From contig NC_068991.1 of assembly GCF_001194135.2 (NCBI RefSeq), forward strand, positions 190,473 through 254,472: DNA of 64,000 nt, written 5' to 3'. Numbering within the stretch: position 1 is the stretch's first letter; every line of letters begins with the position of its first letter. Made by a program: the position numbers and the translations under genes. Positions 51,030 to 63,980 of this stretch are shown here, one piece after another. The notes below the pieces were generated by a model. That model searched no databases and was not told the DNA's origin. It saw only the letters and a program-made list of their open reading frames with translations. This stretch comes from Octopus bimaculoides. Taxonomy: Eukaryota.

Positions 51030-51500
51030 GGTTTGCTCTCCAAGAACATCATGAAAACAGAACCTTGAAGTTTGCTACAACTGCTTCTTCTCACTACTTT
51101 TTGTTTCCAAAAATAACACCGAACCCAGTAAAAAGCACCACAGGCACTGGCCTTCTTCTTCCCAGCCAAAAAACACTTCGTCCTCCATTAACAAAATCTA
51201 CAAAGACTCATGTAAGGGGCCAACAGCTGAGTACTGCAGCTCCCACAGTTAGAACTGCATTACCATTATACATACAGAGATCCTGAAGCACATCTAAAGA
51301 AAGGCCACTTATTAACACATTCCAACCCCTGGCTGTCTACAGATTGGCTGTGTCTCTTCTTGCTACCTTTTCTACTGCTACTACTGTGGTCTCTGCCCCT
51401 CACAGCAGCTGGTCTTCTCCCACCCCTCTATTTCTAGTGCAGATTACATTCTTTACCACTTTGCCACTTAATTTGTCAGTGATGAAAATTGTGTTCACTG
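51030..51500 (+). mobile_element. CR1/Jockey-group LINE RT C-terminal fragment, decayed
   Basis: With frameshifts it reads YKTHVR..PTAEYCSSH and VSSCYLFYCYYCGLCPSQ, compared with the typical YK..VRP.MEYCSH and VSSL.LFYRYY.G.CS. Confidence 0.55.
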
Positions 51501-51728
51501 TGCAGTGGCTGTCCTTTGACTGTTATTGTGGTCTCACTTTTACCGTTCTGGCTCCACCACTCTCCTTGTTACTAACTTTATTCCATATTTTGATAGTTGA
51601 TAGAAGAAACAATATTAATTTGCAGAAGAAATTTTAAAATTATCAAAATAAAATTTCTCCTTCATTTTGTTTAAAATATTCTTCATTAATATTTTGTCTT
51701 TAAAGATGGATTTATTTATTCTTTGCAG

Positions 51729-51822
51729 GTTTTCTGTTCGAGACTTTACATACAATGAAGAAGAGATGATTGCTGGCAAGAATGAATTATCTAAACTAGA
51801 AGCTGACAAAAAGAAACAATTT
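51729..51822 (+). CDS. ATP6V1C1: ATP6V1C coding exon 9: FSVRDFTYNEEEMIAGKNELSKLEADKKKQF
   Basis: Conserved F.VRDF.YNEEE...DKKKQF; AG/GT boundaries. Confidence 0.97.
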
Positions 51823-52364
51823 GTAAGTTAACTCTAAAATAGTTTTGTTTCTCTCTAATCTACTGTATCCCTAGATTTACTTTGTGTTGACATCATCGTT
51901 TTATTTTCCACTTTCCATGTTGGCATGGGTTAGAAGAGTCATCGCAATCAGCTCTTGGTCAGAGTTACTGCTCTACTAGATGGGTTGCAGGGACCATGTC
52001 TTGCTCTGTGTTCTATTTAGACAGGCCCTATCAGTCACTTTGCAAAGTGTAACAGAGACATATTGTGAGACCACTAGCACTAGAAAGGTTGTCGTATCCA
52101 CTAAAGTGGTCATCTTGACTATATTTTCTCTGGTCATTCCTCAACCATTTTAGAAAGTGAATTGCATGTGTTTTCATCATAGCACCAGCAACACAAACAA
52201 CTCCTCACTTCTCTGTATTAAGTCTATTCATTTAAGGTCAGCAGAGGGATTACAGAAGATTGAGTGAGAAAGAAAAAAATGAGACTCCATCATTCCCTAC
52301 CTGCCAGATCATTCACTCTTGACCTCCATTAAACTTTCTGACCGTTGATCATTCATATTGCTAT

Positions 52365-52417
<53 letters not shown>

Positions 52418-52972
52418 CCTCTCTCCCCCCTCTCTCTCTCTCTCTCCCTCTCTCTCTCTCTGCCATTATTGTCTCTTGATTGGTAGATGATCAAGTGACA
52501 AGCCTGTTTCCTAAAGTTGGCACTGAAAAAATTGTCAAATCATTTTTGCATTTGTTTCCTTCAACAACACAACTCCAGGAGTGTTGATTCCACTTCATTT
52601 CTTGAACCAAATCCACAGGCCTCCTTACATACCATGGAATCCACCATTATGTTGTTCAGTATGACTGTTAATATGTAAATATATTTGTATGTCTAATAGG
52701 TCATATTACACAATTGATGGACACATCCAACATTGTATGGATTGGTGGTACACCACCAGTGTTGTGTGCTACCCTGTGTTTGGTAAATAAACCCCGCTTA
52801 ATGTATGGCTGCAACTATAAGTACATATCTAATTAATAGTCGTGAGTTAGACCACTCAGTATTGGTTGGAAATACCCGACAATTTCTGGTAGATACGCTG
52901 GCACCACTGTCATGTGTTGGTCTCATAGATTTTTCTGTAAACTCTACATTTTATATTCCTGTGTTTTATTAG

Positions 52973-53070
52973 GGTCCCTTGGTGAAATGGTTAAAAATAA
53001 ATTTTGGTGAGTGTTTTGCAGCTTGGATCCATGTGAAAGCTTTAAGAGTTTTTGTTGAATCAGTCTTAAG
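52973..53070 (+). CDS. ATP6V1C1: ATP6V1C coding exon 10: [33 protein letters not shown]
   Basis: Conserved GPLV.WLK.NF...[18 protein letters not shown]. Confidence 0.98.
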
Positions 53071-53953
53071 GTTTGTATAAAGTACTTCATTCATTTATTT
53101 TATTCATTTGGAATTTTTTGGTTGTTTGCTGTCATATATATGTGTATAGAGATTCTAACAGTTTTTGTGTGTTATTTTAAATGGCTTATAAACACCTTCC
53201 ACGCTGCAATAGTTTTTGTTCCAGCACACGATCTCAGATCAGGTCACTTGCTATGCAAGTACATCTCCTTAAAAAAATAAGTTAGTAGGTAAACTCTTCC
53301 TTACATACTTACATATATCCACATACAAGGTAGTGCATATAGTTTTATATATACAGACACATATATTCTTAATATTTTTAAACAGAAATACATATATATG
53401 TGCATATATATATATATATATATATATACTATTATGAGCAACAAAAATAGTTTTCATTCAAAATAGCAATCTGTGTATCATACTTAAGGCAGATACATCT
53501 TTGAAAACTTGATAAACTGCAGTATTCATCCTGAGGCAACATCTCTTATAGACATTAGTCTTTAAAAACAAAAACAAAAAGACACAAATCTATCAATAGC
53601 AGACAAAAATTGCCCAACAGCAATGGTGTCATTGCTAAATGGGCATTTCTGCCCTTTGGGCTTTGTCAATAGCAAGTATCCACTGGAAACTGCATGCTAA
53701 AAAAAAAAATCAGATACTGCTGAAATATTAAAACAGTGATTGAAAAATTACTGATGTCACAATTAGCCAGCAGGCTGAATAAAATTTCATCATGTGCAAC
53801 AAGCAGTATTAATTAAAAATAGCAATCTATAGTATTGTACTTAAAGTAGATACATCATTAAACGCCTAGTAAACTATGATACTTGTCTTTTATTTCCAGT
53901 ACAATCTTTAGTAAGTGATCTTTAAATTAATTCAGACTTTTTTTTCAATTCAG

Positions 53954-54080
53954 ATATGGCCTGCCAGTCAATTTCCAAGCCATGCTTCTACATCCTCACA
54001 AAAAGGCACAGCGTCGCCTGAGAGAAGAATTAAATAAACATTATAGTCACCTTGACAGTGCAGCACTTGCTGGTAATGAT
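53954..54080 (+). CDS. ATP6V1C1: ATP6V1C coding exon 11: [42 protein letters not shown]
   Basis: Conserved [13 protein letters not shown]; AG/GT boundaries. Confidence 0.97.
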
Positions 54081-54819
54081 GTAAGCATCTTTAGTGATTT
54101 ATTACTTTTTTCAGTCTCCAAATATTTATTTTGATAAGTCTCAGCAACAGAGAAAGGAGGAGGTAGATCAGGGCTCAACCACAGATGGAGGTTGGTAAAA
54201 TTGATGTGGTTGACACCTGACGGAAGGGTGTGGTCTGAATAATCACAACAAAAGGAATGCCATGAAAAAATGTGTTAAATCACCCAACTGAAGACATTCA
54301 GAGGTCAGAGGGTGGTTTTAAAGTTCCATTCACCAACACACTTCTACCAGTGGTTCCACCAATATAAACCCTTTCTCTCTTCTACTACATCTGCCACTTC
54401 TACAACTACTACCACCACCATCACCTGTGTACCACTCAAGTCTCCAGGCTTTACCATTAAGTACCCCTCCATCCTTCTCTCTACCTATGATTTTTCCTAC
54501 AGACTTCAAGGGGTACTGTGGGTGCTTGAAACTGTTGTGACCCATACAACATGTTAGGGCAGCCACTTGCATGTTAATTTCACGAGCAGGTTCCATTGAT
54601 TGGATCAACTGGAATACTCATCGTCGGAGGCGTTGGAGAGAGTTTCTATGAGGTCACCAGGAAAAATGAACAAAACAGTTGTGAATTTCACTGTCTCAGT
54701 TTCTTTTCACATCAGTGACAATCTTCTGTCAAGCAACATCCCAATCAACCATCATACAATCTCTAAGGGAATCTTTATGGCCATTGTCAGCTCATCTCCA
54801 CAGTGATCTCCCTTCGCCC

Positions 54820-55095
54820 GATTTTGCTTCCACACCTGAAATTTCTTTTAATTCGACTACAGATTCAACTCTAAGATGGTCAACAGCATAAGAGTTTCCA
54901 TAGACCAAAGTCTTAAATTTCTCTGTTAGCCCGGCAGACTATGATGAATAATAAGGAACTAAGAATCGAACCCTGCTGACCTCCCATCATCTGCACACTT
55001 AAATCATTGCTGTACTTGTTGCTAACTCTTTCACATTACTCATGGCATCCCTGGACATGGCCTGCATAACTCTCACAAGCCATTTATCTATTCCT
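54820..55095 (-). mobile_element. RTE-clade LINE RT fragment
   Basis: Minus strand reads LGIDKWLVRVMQAMSRDA..QQGSILSSLLFII..WKLL(YADD-like)..KFQVWKQN, homologous to 39430-39720. Confidence 0.7.
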
Positions 55096-55290
55096 AGCTG
55101 AAAAGAAAAAGATGTTAGAATTTTTGATTCCCCTCACTTCTTTAAAATTTGCTTTTTTTTTTCTTGTTGTTTTTGTTGTCCATCATCATCATCATCATCA
55201 TCATCACCCTCATCATCATCATCATCTATTAAGTGAAAATATCTGGAGTCGGCCTAAAATATCTTTCTTTTTGTATTTCTTTATTTTCAG

Positions 55291-55395
55291 CCAGCTGTGG
55301 ACATACCAGGACTGAACATGGGTCAACATGAATATTATGCTTACGTTTTCTACAAGATTAATCTAGACATGTTGGACAGCAATGCAAGGTTCTGA
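55291..55395 (+). CDS. ATP6V1C1: ATP6V1C terminal exon: PAVDIPGLNMGQHEYYAYVFYKINLDMLDSNARF*
   Basis: Conserved DIPGL....EYY.YV.YKI, TGA at 55393-55395. The 12 exons sum to 1158 nt (385 aa plus stop). AATAAA at 55574. Confidence 0.96.
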   Translation, partial: PAVDIPGLNMGQHEYYAYVFYKINLDMLDSNARF

Positions 55396-56394
55396 GGTGG
55401 TTACGACCAGAAAATAAACAAATCTGAAACTTTCACAACATTCCATAAACAACTTTGTGAATGTCACTGATTTCTGCTGTGTACAATAGTGTATGAACAC
55501 TACAACAGTGTGTGTATATATGTGTGTGTATACACAATATAAACACCCATAGTACACACTTCTGAGAGCATGCAATAAAGACTTTACCATAATATCTTGT
55601 TTTACTGAGAGACAGGATTAGCAAGTAGGATTTTCTCTATGGATCAGGTGTGGTGGTGGTGGGGGTGGGTGGGGTGCCCTGTGGTGTTAGAGTAGTTAGC
55701 AATCGGCATGCCTCCACTCTCCACTTGGTTACTTATTCATTATTATCATTGTTATTATTATTGTTAATATTATTATTATTATTAATCCTACCCTCATCGT
55801 CATCACCAGTGTTCCCTAGTATGGAGTCAGGTGTTATGGTGAAAGATTTTGATAATTTCAACTGTCTTGTTAACACTTTTCCCTTTGTTTGTTCTGTTTT
55901 CTCATAATCCAGATGTGATTATTATTATTATTATTATTATTATTATTGGTGTTTTGAACAAATTTATAGTCAACAAATGGTTGTTATAGCTCTGCTGGGG
56001 GTGGGGGAGTGTCCAAATTCTTGACAAAATGAATCTATTGTGTCATTAATGATGAATTGTTATAAGATATCGATTAAAGGAACTGATAAAAAATATTGAT
56101 TTCCTTTTTTATTTATCAGCCCTCATTGATTTTACTTTCTACTCACATTTTTCACACACTCACACAGTGTAAATTCAATGAAGAATAAGAAAAGTGAACA
56201 CAAGAGGGACAAGTTTTCATAAATATACTTGCTGAATGCTTCAACAGAAAGAGTCGTAACATTTCTGTCCGTTCCGATGAAGGAACAGAAAAGCACAACG
56301 GAAGTGAGAAACCAGAACAACCTGTGAAAGAAGCAGCACACAGATGAGGAGTTAGAAAGCCGAAGGTGGGAGCAAAATAATTAAGGAGGAGGTG

Positions 56395-56445
56395 TCGAAA
56401 ATGCTCGTTTTTCTTAACTTGACATTCCATTTTAATGATCTGATA
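56395..56445 (-). mobile_element. Mariner 5' transposase fragment
   Basis: MECQVKKNEHFRHLLL is a typical mariner transposase N-terminus. Confidence 0.6.
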
Positions 56446-56720
56446 AAAATTAACTAGAAAAAAAAATAAAGATTCCAAAATGATTCAAAAATAGAATTTT
56501 CGAAAAAAAATAGATTCCAAAATTTGAAAACATAATAATCTCTTATGCTAGAAACAGCAGTCATTATCACAGCAGCCAGCTGTCTGCACCAGCTCCAGCA
56601 GAAGCCGCACACACACACACACACACATATATATGTATATACTCAAGTGAGCAGACAAACGAAAGTGGTATTCAACACATTTAATAAGAGTTACATATTT
56701 TTAATAACAGATTGACTCAG

Positions 56721-56778
56721 CTCTGCATGACTTAAAGTTTTGTGGGCATGTAAGACGGCCATCTCCTCAGATACAAAG
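56721..56778 (-). ncRNA. Minimal type-I hammerhead ribozyme motif with GAAA>AAAA core mutation
   Basis: Minus strand: CUUUGUAU-CUGAGGA-stem II-AAAA-C UUUAA G-UC-AUGCAGAG. Stem I has 8 bp (2 G-U) and the GUC cleavage triplet is present. Confidence 0.55.
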
Positions 56779-56779
56779 A

Positions 56780-57200
56780 GAAGAGTGAGAGATTTAAGAT
56801 AAATTCAAGATGGCTTCTTGATGCCAGGCCTCTGTTGGTCAGCCCAGGTCACATACTTTTAATATTGCCCTGCTTCATCTGGAGACTGTGACCAATGAAA
56901 TGATTTCCCCAACTACAAATCAAGCACCATTGACAGGATCCCTCCTTATTCACTTGGCTATTACAATTGCCAATGCCATCTCTATGGGAGACTGAACATA
57001 CTTCACCAACAAGCAGTATCCATCAACAGGAAAAAGGGGAAGGCCCTATTGATGAATTTCAAACCAGTGGCTGCTGACAAAAACAGATATGCCAACTTAG
57101 GCCTGGCTGTTCCACACACAAGGGTAAGGTATTTAATCCCTATATTCACATAGACTACAGCCTCCACCTGTGTTGGTCATCCACCTTCATTTGTAAGACC
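56780..57200 (-). mobile_element. Probable decayed Penelope-like element 3' fragment upstream of the hammerhead
   Basis: Frameshifted pieces RD*IPYPCVW, DPVNGA..E and WHQEAILNL resemble the PLE segment at 19320-19600. Confidence 0.35.
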
Positions 57201-57639
57201 AACAGCTTTGATTAGTCTCTTACTAATTTGCTCAAACTCCACTGAAAGACAATTGAATGACTGATTCATTGTAACATCCCACCTCACCATATGCAGAACC
57301 CAATACAAGGGACTGATGTCATTGAGTCCATTTTGCAGCAGACTACCACTAATATCCTGTCCAAAAATAAAGATAATAGGTGGTGTGACTTTCACAGCAT
57401 TAACACCATGTAATCTGTGCTGACCAATAGAGGCCACAGACCTAGCAGCTAAAAGCCATCTTGAATTTGTCTCAAGCTGTAGAACATTGTCAGATCAGAT
57501 TGGAGCCTGATGCTGTCACTGGCTTTCCAGAGCTCAGTCAAACCGTCCAACCCATGCCAGCATGGAAAACGGACGTTAAACGATGATGATGATGATGATG
57601 ATAGGTATGCACTAAAGTTGCAAAAGCTGATAAATTGCA

Positions 57640-58688
57640 GCATTCATTGAGATGTTGCAAAGAAACTCAGAGTCCTTAACTGATAATGTGAAAGTAAATA
57701 AAATATATCCTCAACAATTCAATTTCTTTTCTCTAGCTCTAGAATAGAGTTGTGTCAACTTCAAGACATTATCTGAGAACTTTCAAACAATTTACGAAAG
57801 CAACTGACATGGATGGCAAACCCATAGCTAGAGACTTCTAGAAGTTCAACATAATAGATGCTGCGGACAGCATAGTTGAGTCATGGAATGAAGTAAAAGC
57901 TTCATCTTTGAATGGCCAGATTGTATCTGTGGCTTTACAAGTTTTCTACCAGCAGAAAGTCTACATCAAATTCAGAAAGATACTGTGACACTTGCAAATG
58001 ATATATATTTCAAGAGGAGGATGTGGCTGAGTTGCTGGTGTCCCATAGAGAAAGTTTATCGAACGAAAAGCTGATGCTCTTAGAAGAAAAAAAAGCAAGC
58101 TGAAAATACGGACGAAAATGAGGAAATCCCATCAACTCCATTTAAATTCAAAAATTATTGCTGAAGGGTTGGCACCTATAGAGGAACATTTTTGCTGGTA
58201 ACCATGAACATAACCATAACATTTACAAGAGAAGTTTACTATGAACTCAGTTTATACTCTGAACTGTCTGTAGAGATGATGCGCCAAAAACAACAGATAA
58301 CTTTGGATTTCTTTGCCCTTTCAGTAGATGTTGATGATAATGAAACAAGATAGAAGATAGTGATCCTCCACCTCCGAGAATTCATAGCATCACCATCAAT
58401 AAGTCAATATCGAACTCTACAACCGTATTACGATTCCTATTTATTCCCTAACGTATTTTTAGCAAATGTTTTTATGGTTACATATTGTACTGAATGTATT
58501 TCGAAATTGTTATTTTCAAGCATAAAAGCGATCGTATTGGTGAATTTGTTAGTTTTCCGAGAAAAAAGTTCGTCAGAATGCTTCTAACTTTCCAACATGA
58601 AAATCAATGGGGAATTAGCTTCGCTTTACGGAATTTAATGTTACAAGACTTGAAAAACGCATTACTTCTGCAATGTGGAGGATTCTTG
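57640..58688 (+). mobile_element. Tigger/pogo transposon 3' half with TIR, decayed
   Basis: Translates RTFKQFTKATD..RDF*KFNIIDAADSIVESWNEVKASSLNG and EEDVAELLVSHRESLSNEKLMLLEE (Tigger C-terminus). Ends ..AATGTGGAGGATTCTTG followed by TA. Confidence 0.8.
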
Positions 58689-60454
58689 TATTTTATTGTT
58701 ATTAATGATGTGAAAATATAATATATCGAATTCTATATGACTATATTTAATATTTTTGTTAATAAAAAGGGACCAGTGTGATTAAGAATCGCTTATTTTA
58801 ACGAGAATTTTTGCAAATGTGTTTGATTTAATAAAAAATGTTTTTCTTTTCGTTTCACTTCATAAATCTCCACAAACACAACACTTTTGACATAAAAACT
58901 AAATTAAGAATTGATGAAATATGCGGTTTGTATATATATAAAAGAAATCAACACATTCTTTTGTTGACCTTCTATATTTTCAGGAGAAAATAGGTATTGT
59001 ATGGTTTTTCTGTGACAAAGGTTTACAATGATCAGAATCTCATTCATTGAAGTTACGCCTCCCTGACGTCATCTGCACATTGTTTTTTACTGGCAAAATA
59101 AACTTTCACACGGAGAAAACATTCAACAACCAGCAGACAATGAACAAAAAAAATAACAACAGAAGGAAAAAATATATATATCCTGATTGTGAAGTTATTT
59201 AACAAGAATAAATCACTTTGAATCGGCCAAATTTCCTTCCTCTTTAAAGGTGCCTACTGCATTGTGGTTGATTTATTATAATTACATCGACGACATTTAT
59301 TATAAACTCGATAACAATGTTGGTCGACGGTCGTCGTCGTCTCACAGAGAAGAATTATTAGATTTCCAACAAAAAAGCAAGATTTTAAGGTATTTCTAGT
59401 AAAGGGCTGGACAGCAACAGATATTAAAGAGAGAGGAACATCAACTGGAATCTGGGGTTTTGCTACATCGGAATAATTACTGAAATAGGCAACGATTCGT
59501 TATTGATTCTTAGATTATTGATTATCGATTAAATAATCGAACAGAGAGAAAAGTGGGAAAGAAAGAAAAGATAAGAGGAAGAGAGAGAGAGAAAAAGAAA
59601 GGTTGAGATAGAGGTGTATGTTTCATTTGTTAATGTTGTATGCGGTGGAATCTGTTGTAGGATTAAATTAAAAATAATTAACAACTGGAACATTAATATT
59701 ACAATAGTCTTGAATAATTTTATTTTTCATCAAATGCAGAATATAATTTTTGCTTTAATCATAACGAAGTTATTATCCAAGTTAGCAACACACAAACTTG
59801 TATGAGAGCCATTAAAAAGGAAGGCGGTGAGATTTCATCCATTCGTCGTAATTCCCTCATAAACCATTTTTGCTTTGGTCTTTAATCTGTCTGTTGAGTG
59901 AATAATTACTAATATATAAAATAGTTAATGGATTTACATTCCTCCCTACCGCCTTCTTTCAAACTATGCAGATGAAGATATGTCTAGGTCAAGAGGAAAT
60001 GCAATGAGCATTAGTGTCCGTCATATTTATCGACTGTCTCCTCTTATCCATCTATCTTTCTATCTCCATTATAACAAAGCCCTTCTGTATGAAAACGAAA
60101 GGGACCACATAGAAAAGACATTCCTTTAATCTAGAAATAAATCTTCATTTTACCTCTATAATCATTAAGATTAGTTAAAACCGAGTTAATTACCGTTTTA
60201 TGGTCAATTTTAGACAAAGCAGAGCTCAGAATTTCTGTGATTTCACACGTGTAGTATAAAAACTGATGAGCTCACGAGGGAACCTGTGGTTATTAAGATA
60301 TAATTAAATTGACTTAATTACCGTTTCATAAAATGTAATTAAAAAAATTGGAAATATATTTAAGAATTTTACAGATATTCTGGAAGTTTGGCATATGGTC
60401 TCTAAGTGGACACTTGAGTTTTAGAACAGGAGCATTTATTTAGCTACACAAGCA

Positions 60455-60512
<58 letters not shown>

Positions 60513-61028
60513 TTATTATTTAAAACAGTTTGATTTGGTTCCGTGCTACTTCTTCGCAGGCCCCTAACAGGAGGCAGACTCCTTCAGGCTTCTAGAATGC
60601 CGAATATATATATATATATGCACATACAGACGTGTATAAACATATATAGAATAGAAGAATAATTTTTACATATTTATATATGTATGTATATATACATACA
60701 AATGAGTTAAATATTGTAAATATTCAAAATATATATTGGGTAGGTCTACGTACATATGTATCTACGTCGAGGGTGTGGGTACATGTGCACTATGTGGCGT
60801 GGGGGGGGGGGAGGTACAAGGAAATGGAAGACAGAATCGAAATTGTATGAAAGAAAGAAAGACAAGATGAATAGTAAGAAATTGTAATTAGTCATGTGGA
60901 GTGGCTGCAGCAAGAGAGAGAGAGAGTTTTATGTGCGTGTGTGTATATGTGTATGTATAACTATATGTATGTATATATACGTATGTGTGCGTGCGTATGT
61001 ATGTATATATATATATGTATTTATTCAT

Positions 61029-61085
<57 letters not shown>

Positions 61086-61643
61086 GAAATTCAAATGTGT
61101 ATCTCTCTGTCTTAACACACACACCTGAAGCCAGGAGTGCGAAAGAAGGCAAAAATAAGACAGTGTTGTGTGAAATAGCAAATGGAACCAAGTGTTGCAA
61201 GCAGCTCTTCTGCAGTTATAGCTAGCGCTAGAGTTATGTAGCCATAGGTAGTAGACCTATGTCACAGACAATGCAGTCATGCCCATTCCTGTTTTATTTC
61301 TGACATTGTGTAACTACAAGTACATTATCCAAGGAATCCTTTCTTCTTGTAAAATAATGTGTATTTGAGGAAGATTTTGCTGCTATTTCTAGTAGGTCGA
61401 ACGACCACATCATACATAGCATATGTATATATAATGGATCCGTAATTGTGCGACTAGAGATAGTATATGTATGTATATAATAGAGACTGGAGAGAGAGAA
61501 GGAATGGAGGAGAAAAAAAAAGACAGACTAAAGGTCCATAAATAAATAGAGGGGGAAATAAGAGTGAAAGAGGAATAATTGATTAGAAAGAGATAAAGAC
61601 AGACAGAGTAATGTGTGAGATAGGGAAAGAGGAGAAACAGTTT

Positions 61644-61674
<31 letters not shown>

Positions 61675-62145
61675 GGAGTAGGAGCATATTTTTTGCGCCG
61701 TCATCGCCGTCGCTCAAAATGAATTGAGGGAGGCATCACTTGATCCTCACTGGACATTGGGGGGAGGAGGTAAAAGTAAATGACTACAAAGAAGAAGAGA
61801 GATAGAAGTTGTAGAGAGAGGAGAAAAAGAGCAAAAGTGGGTGACAGAAAGTAGCACCTCCTCCTAAACCTCCTTTACACAATGACGGATGTACTGTACC
61901 TCCCCTTCTAAAGATGGCATGAAATGGTAGGAGGAACAGAAAGAGTGAAATACCATGAAGTATAGAGAGGGTAAAAACCTCCCCCTTTCTCCTCGCCGAC
62001 ATCGTTGACAGCAGAAAACATAGAAGAGGAGAATTTCTCCTCCCCTTCAATTTTTGAAACACAAAGAGGAAAGAGAGAGTAGCAGCGAGGAGAGTAAGAG
62101 AGAGAGAGATCGACGTCCCTTTATGAAAGTTGTTGCTGTTGGAAA

Positions 62146-62256
62146 ATGCCTTCCTCTACTAAACCAAAAACTGAGACCTCTAATGAGGTCCAAGACCCTC
62201 TCAGACAAGCGCTCAGCTTAGTCGAGAAGAAAGTCCGCAATCTGGAAAAGCGTAAA
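62146..62256 (+). CDS. CAPRIN1: Caprin family (Caprin-1-like) first coding exon: MPSSTKPKTETSNEVQDPLRQALSLVEKKVRNLEKRK; the gene continues beyond the window
   Basis: QAL..VEKKVRNLEKRK matches the Caprin HR1 start (QIL..IDKKLRNLEKKK). aaaATG context, donor AAA|GTGAGT, CpG-enriched purine-rich leader. Confidence 0.88.
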
Positions 62257-62499
62257 GTGAGTAGGGTTTTTAAAAGAAGAAAATAGCTTTCACAGAAAAA
62301 ATGCTTTTTATTTCCTTCCAATTCACTTCTCTTTTATTACAGTCGCAAATATTCACAGATTTCAATCCAATTTTCCCCTCATTCGTCCCAAATCTCTCCC
62401 TTAAACGTCCCCTATTTCGCTCCTTCCTGTCCTTTATGTCTCATTTATTTTATTACCTCCACATTTAGCTTTTAGGACATTTATTACCACACACACACA

Positions 62500-63805
62500 C
62501 CTATAAATGTATATAGGAGTATATATGTGAGTGCCTACATATACATACATATATATTTATATGAATATGTATATATATATGAATATATACATGTGTATGG
62601 GGGTATATATTCATATGTATGCATTTATATGAATATATCAGGTATGTATGTATATATATAACTTCATATATATGTATACATGTATGAGTATTATGTATAT
62701 ATATTCATATATATATATATGCATACATTTATATGAGTATGTATGTGTATGTATATATACACTTGTGTATACATTTATATATATAGAATATATGTATATA
62801 TATAATGTATGTGTATATATATATAATGTATGTGTATATATGTATATATAATGTATGCGTATATATGTATGTATATAAGTATGTATTTGTGTGTATATAT
62901 GTATATATATGTGTATGNNNNNNNNNNNNNNNNNNNNNNNNNNNNNNNNNNNNNNNNNNNNNNNNNNNNNNNNNNNNNNNNNNNNNNNNNNNNNNNNNNN
63001 NNNNNNNNNNNNNNNNNNNNNNNNNNNNNNNNNNNNNNNNNNNNNNNNNNNNNNNNNNNNNNNNNNNNNNNNNNNNNNNNNNNNNNNNNNNNNNNNNNNN
63101 NNNNNNNNNNNNNNNNNNNNNNNNNNNNNNNNNNNNNNNNNNNNNNNNNNNNNNNNNNNNNNNNNNNNNNNNNNNNNNNNNNNNNNNNNNNNNNNNNNNN
63201 NNNNNNNNNNNNNNNNNNNNNNNNNNNNNNNNNNNNNNNNNNNNNNNNNNNNNNNATGTATAAATACATGTATATATATATGTATACATAATGTATATAT
63301 ATGTATACATGTATATATATACGTATACATTTGTATACATACATGTATATATATGTATACATGTATATATATACGTATACATTTGTATACATACATGTAT
63401 ATATATATGTATACATATATGTATATATATGTATGTGGATACTTATGTATACATGTATAGGTATGAATACATATATGAATACATACATGTATATATGTAT
63501 ACATACATGTATATATATATGTATACATGCGTGTGTATATATGTATACATAATGTACATTCATCATCATCTTTTAACGTCTGCTTTCCATGCTAGCATGG
63601 GCTGGACGATTTGGCTGAGGTTCACCAGTCCTCAGCCAAAACGTCCAACCCATGCTAGCATGGAAAGCGGATGTTAAACGATGATGATGATAATGAATGT
63701 GTACTTATGTATACATGTATATGTATGTATACACATGTACATGTATGTATACCCATGTATATGTATGTATGTGTATATATATGCGCATATATGTATATAT
63801 GTATA

Positions 63806-63852
<47 letters not shown>

Positions 63853-63917
63853 GTATATATATCTATATGTATATATGTATATATATGTATATGTATCTAT
63901 ATGTATATATATATATA

Positions 63918-63980
<63 letters not shown>

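Noticed and set aside
51823-52972. Search for an alternative insert exon at the position used by ATP6V1C2-a and insect Vha44 isoforms
   Set aside because: The candidate after the acceptor near 52183 hits an in-frame TAA, and the rest of the intron is repeat-derived.
61124-61262. Minus-strand open frame ending at a CAG|GTGTGT donor upstream of Caprin
   Set aside because: No ATG, weak acceptor and no recognisable homology; at most a non-coding divergent exon.
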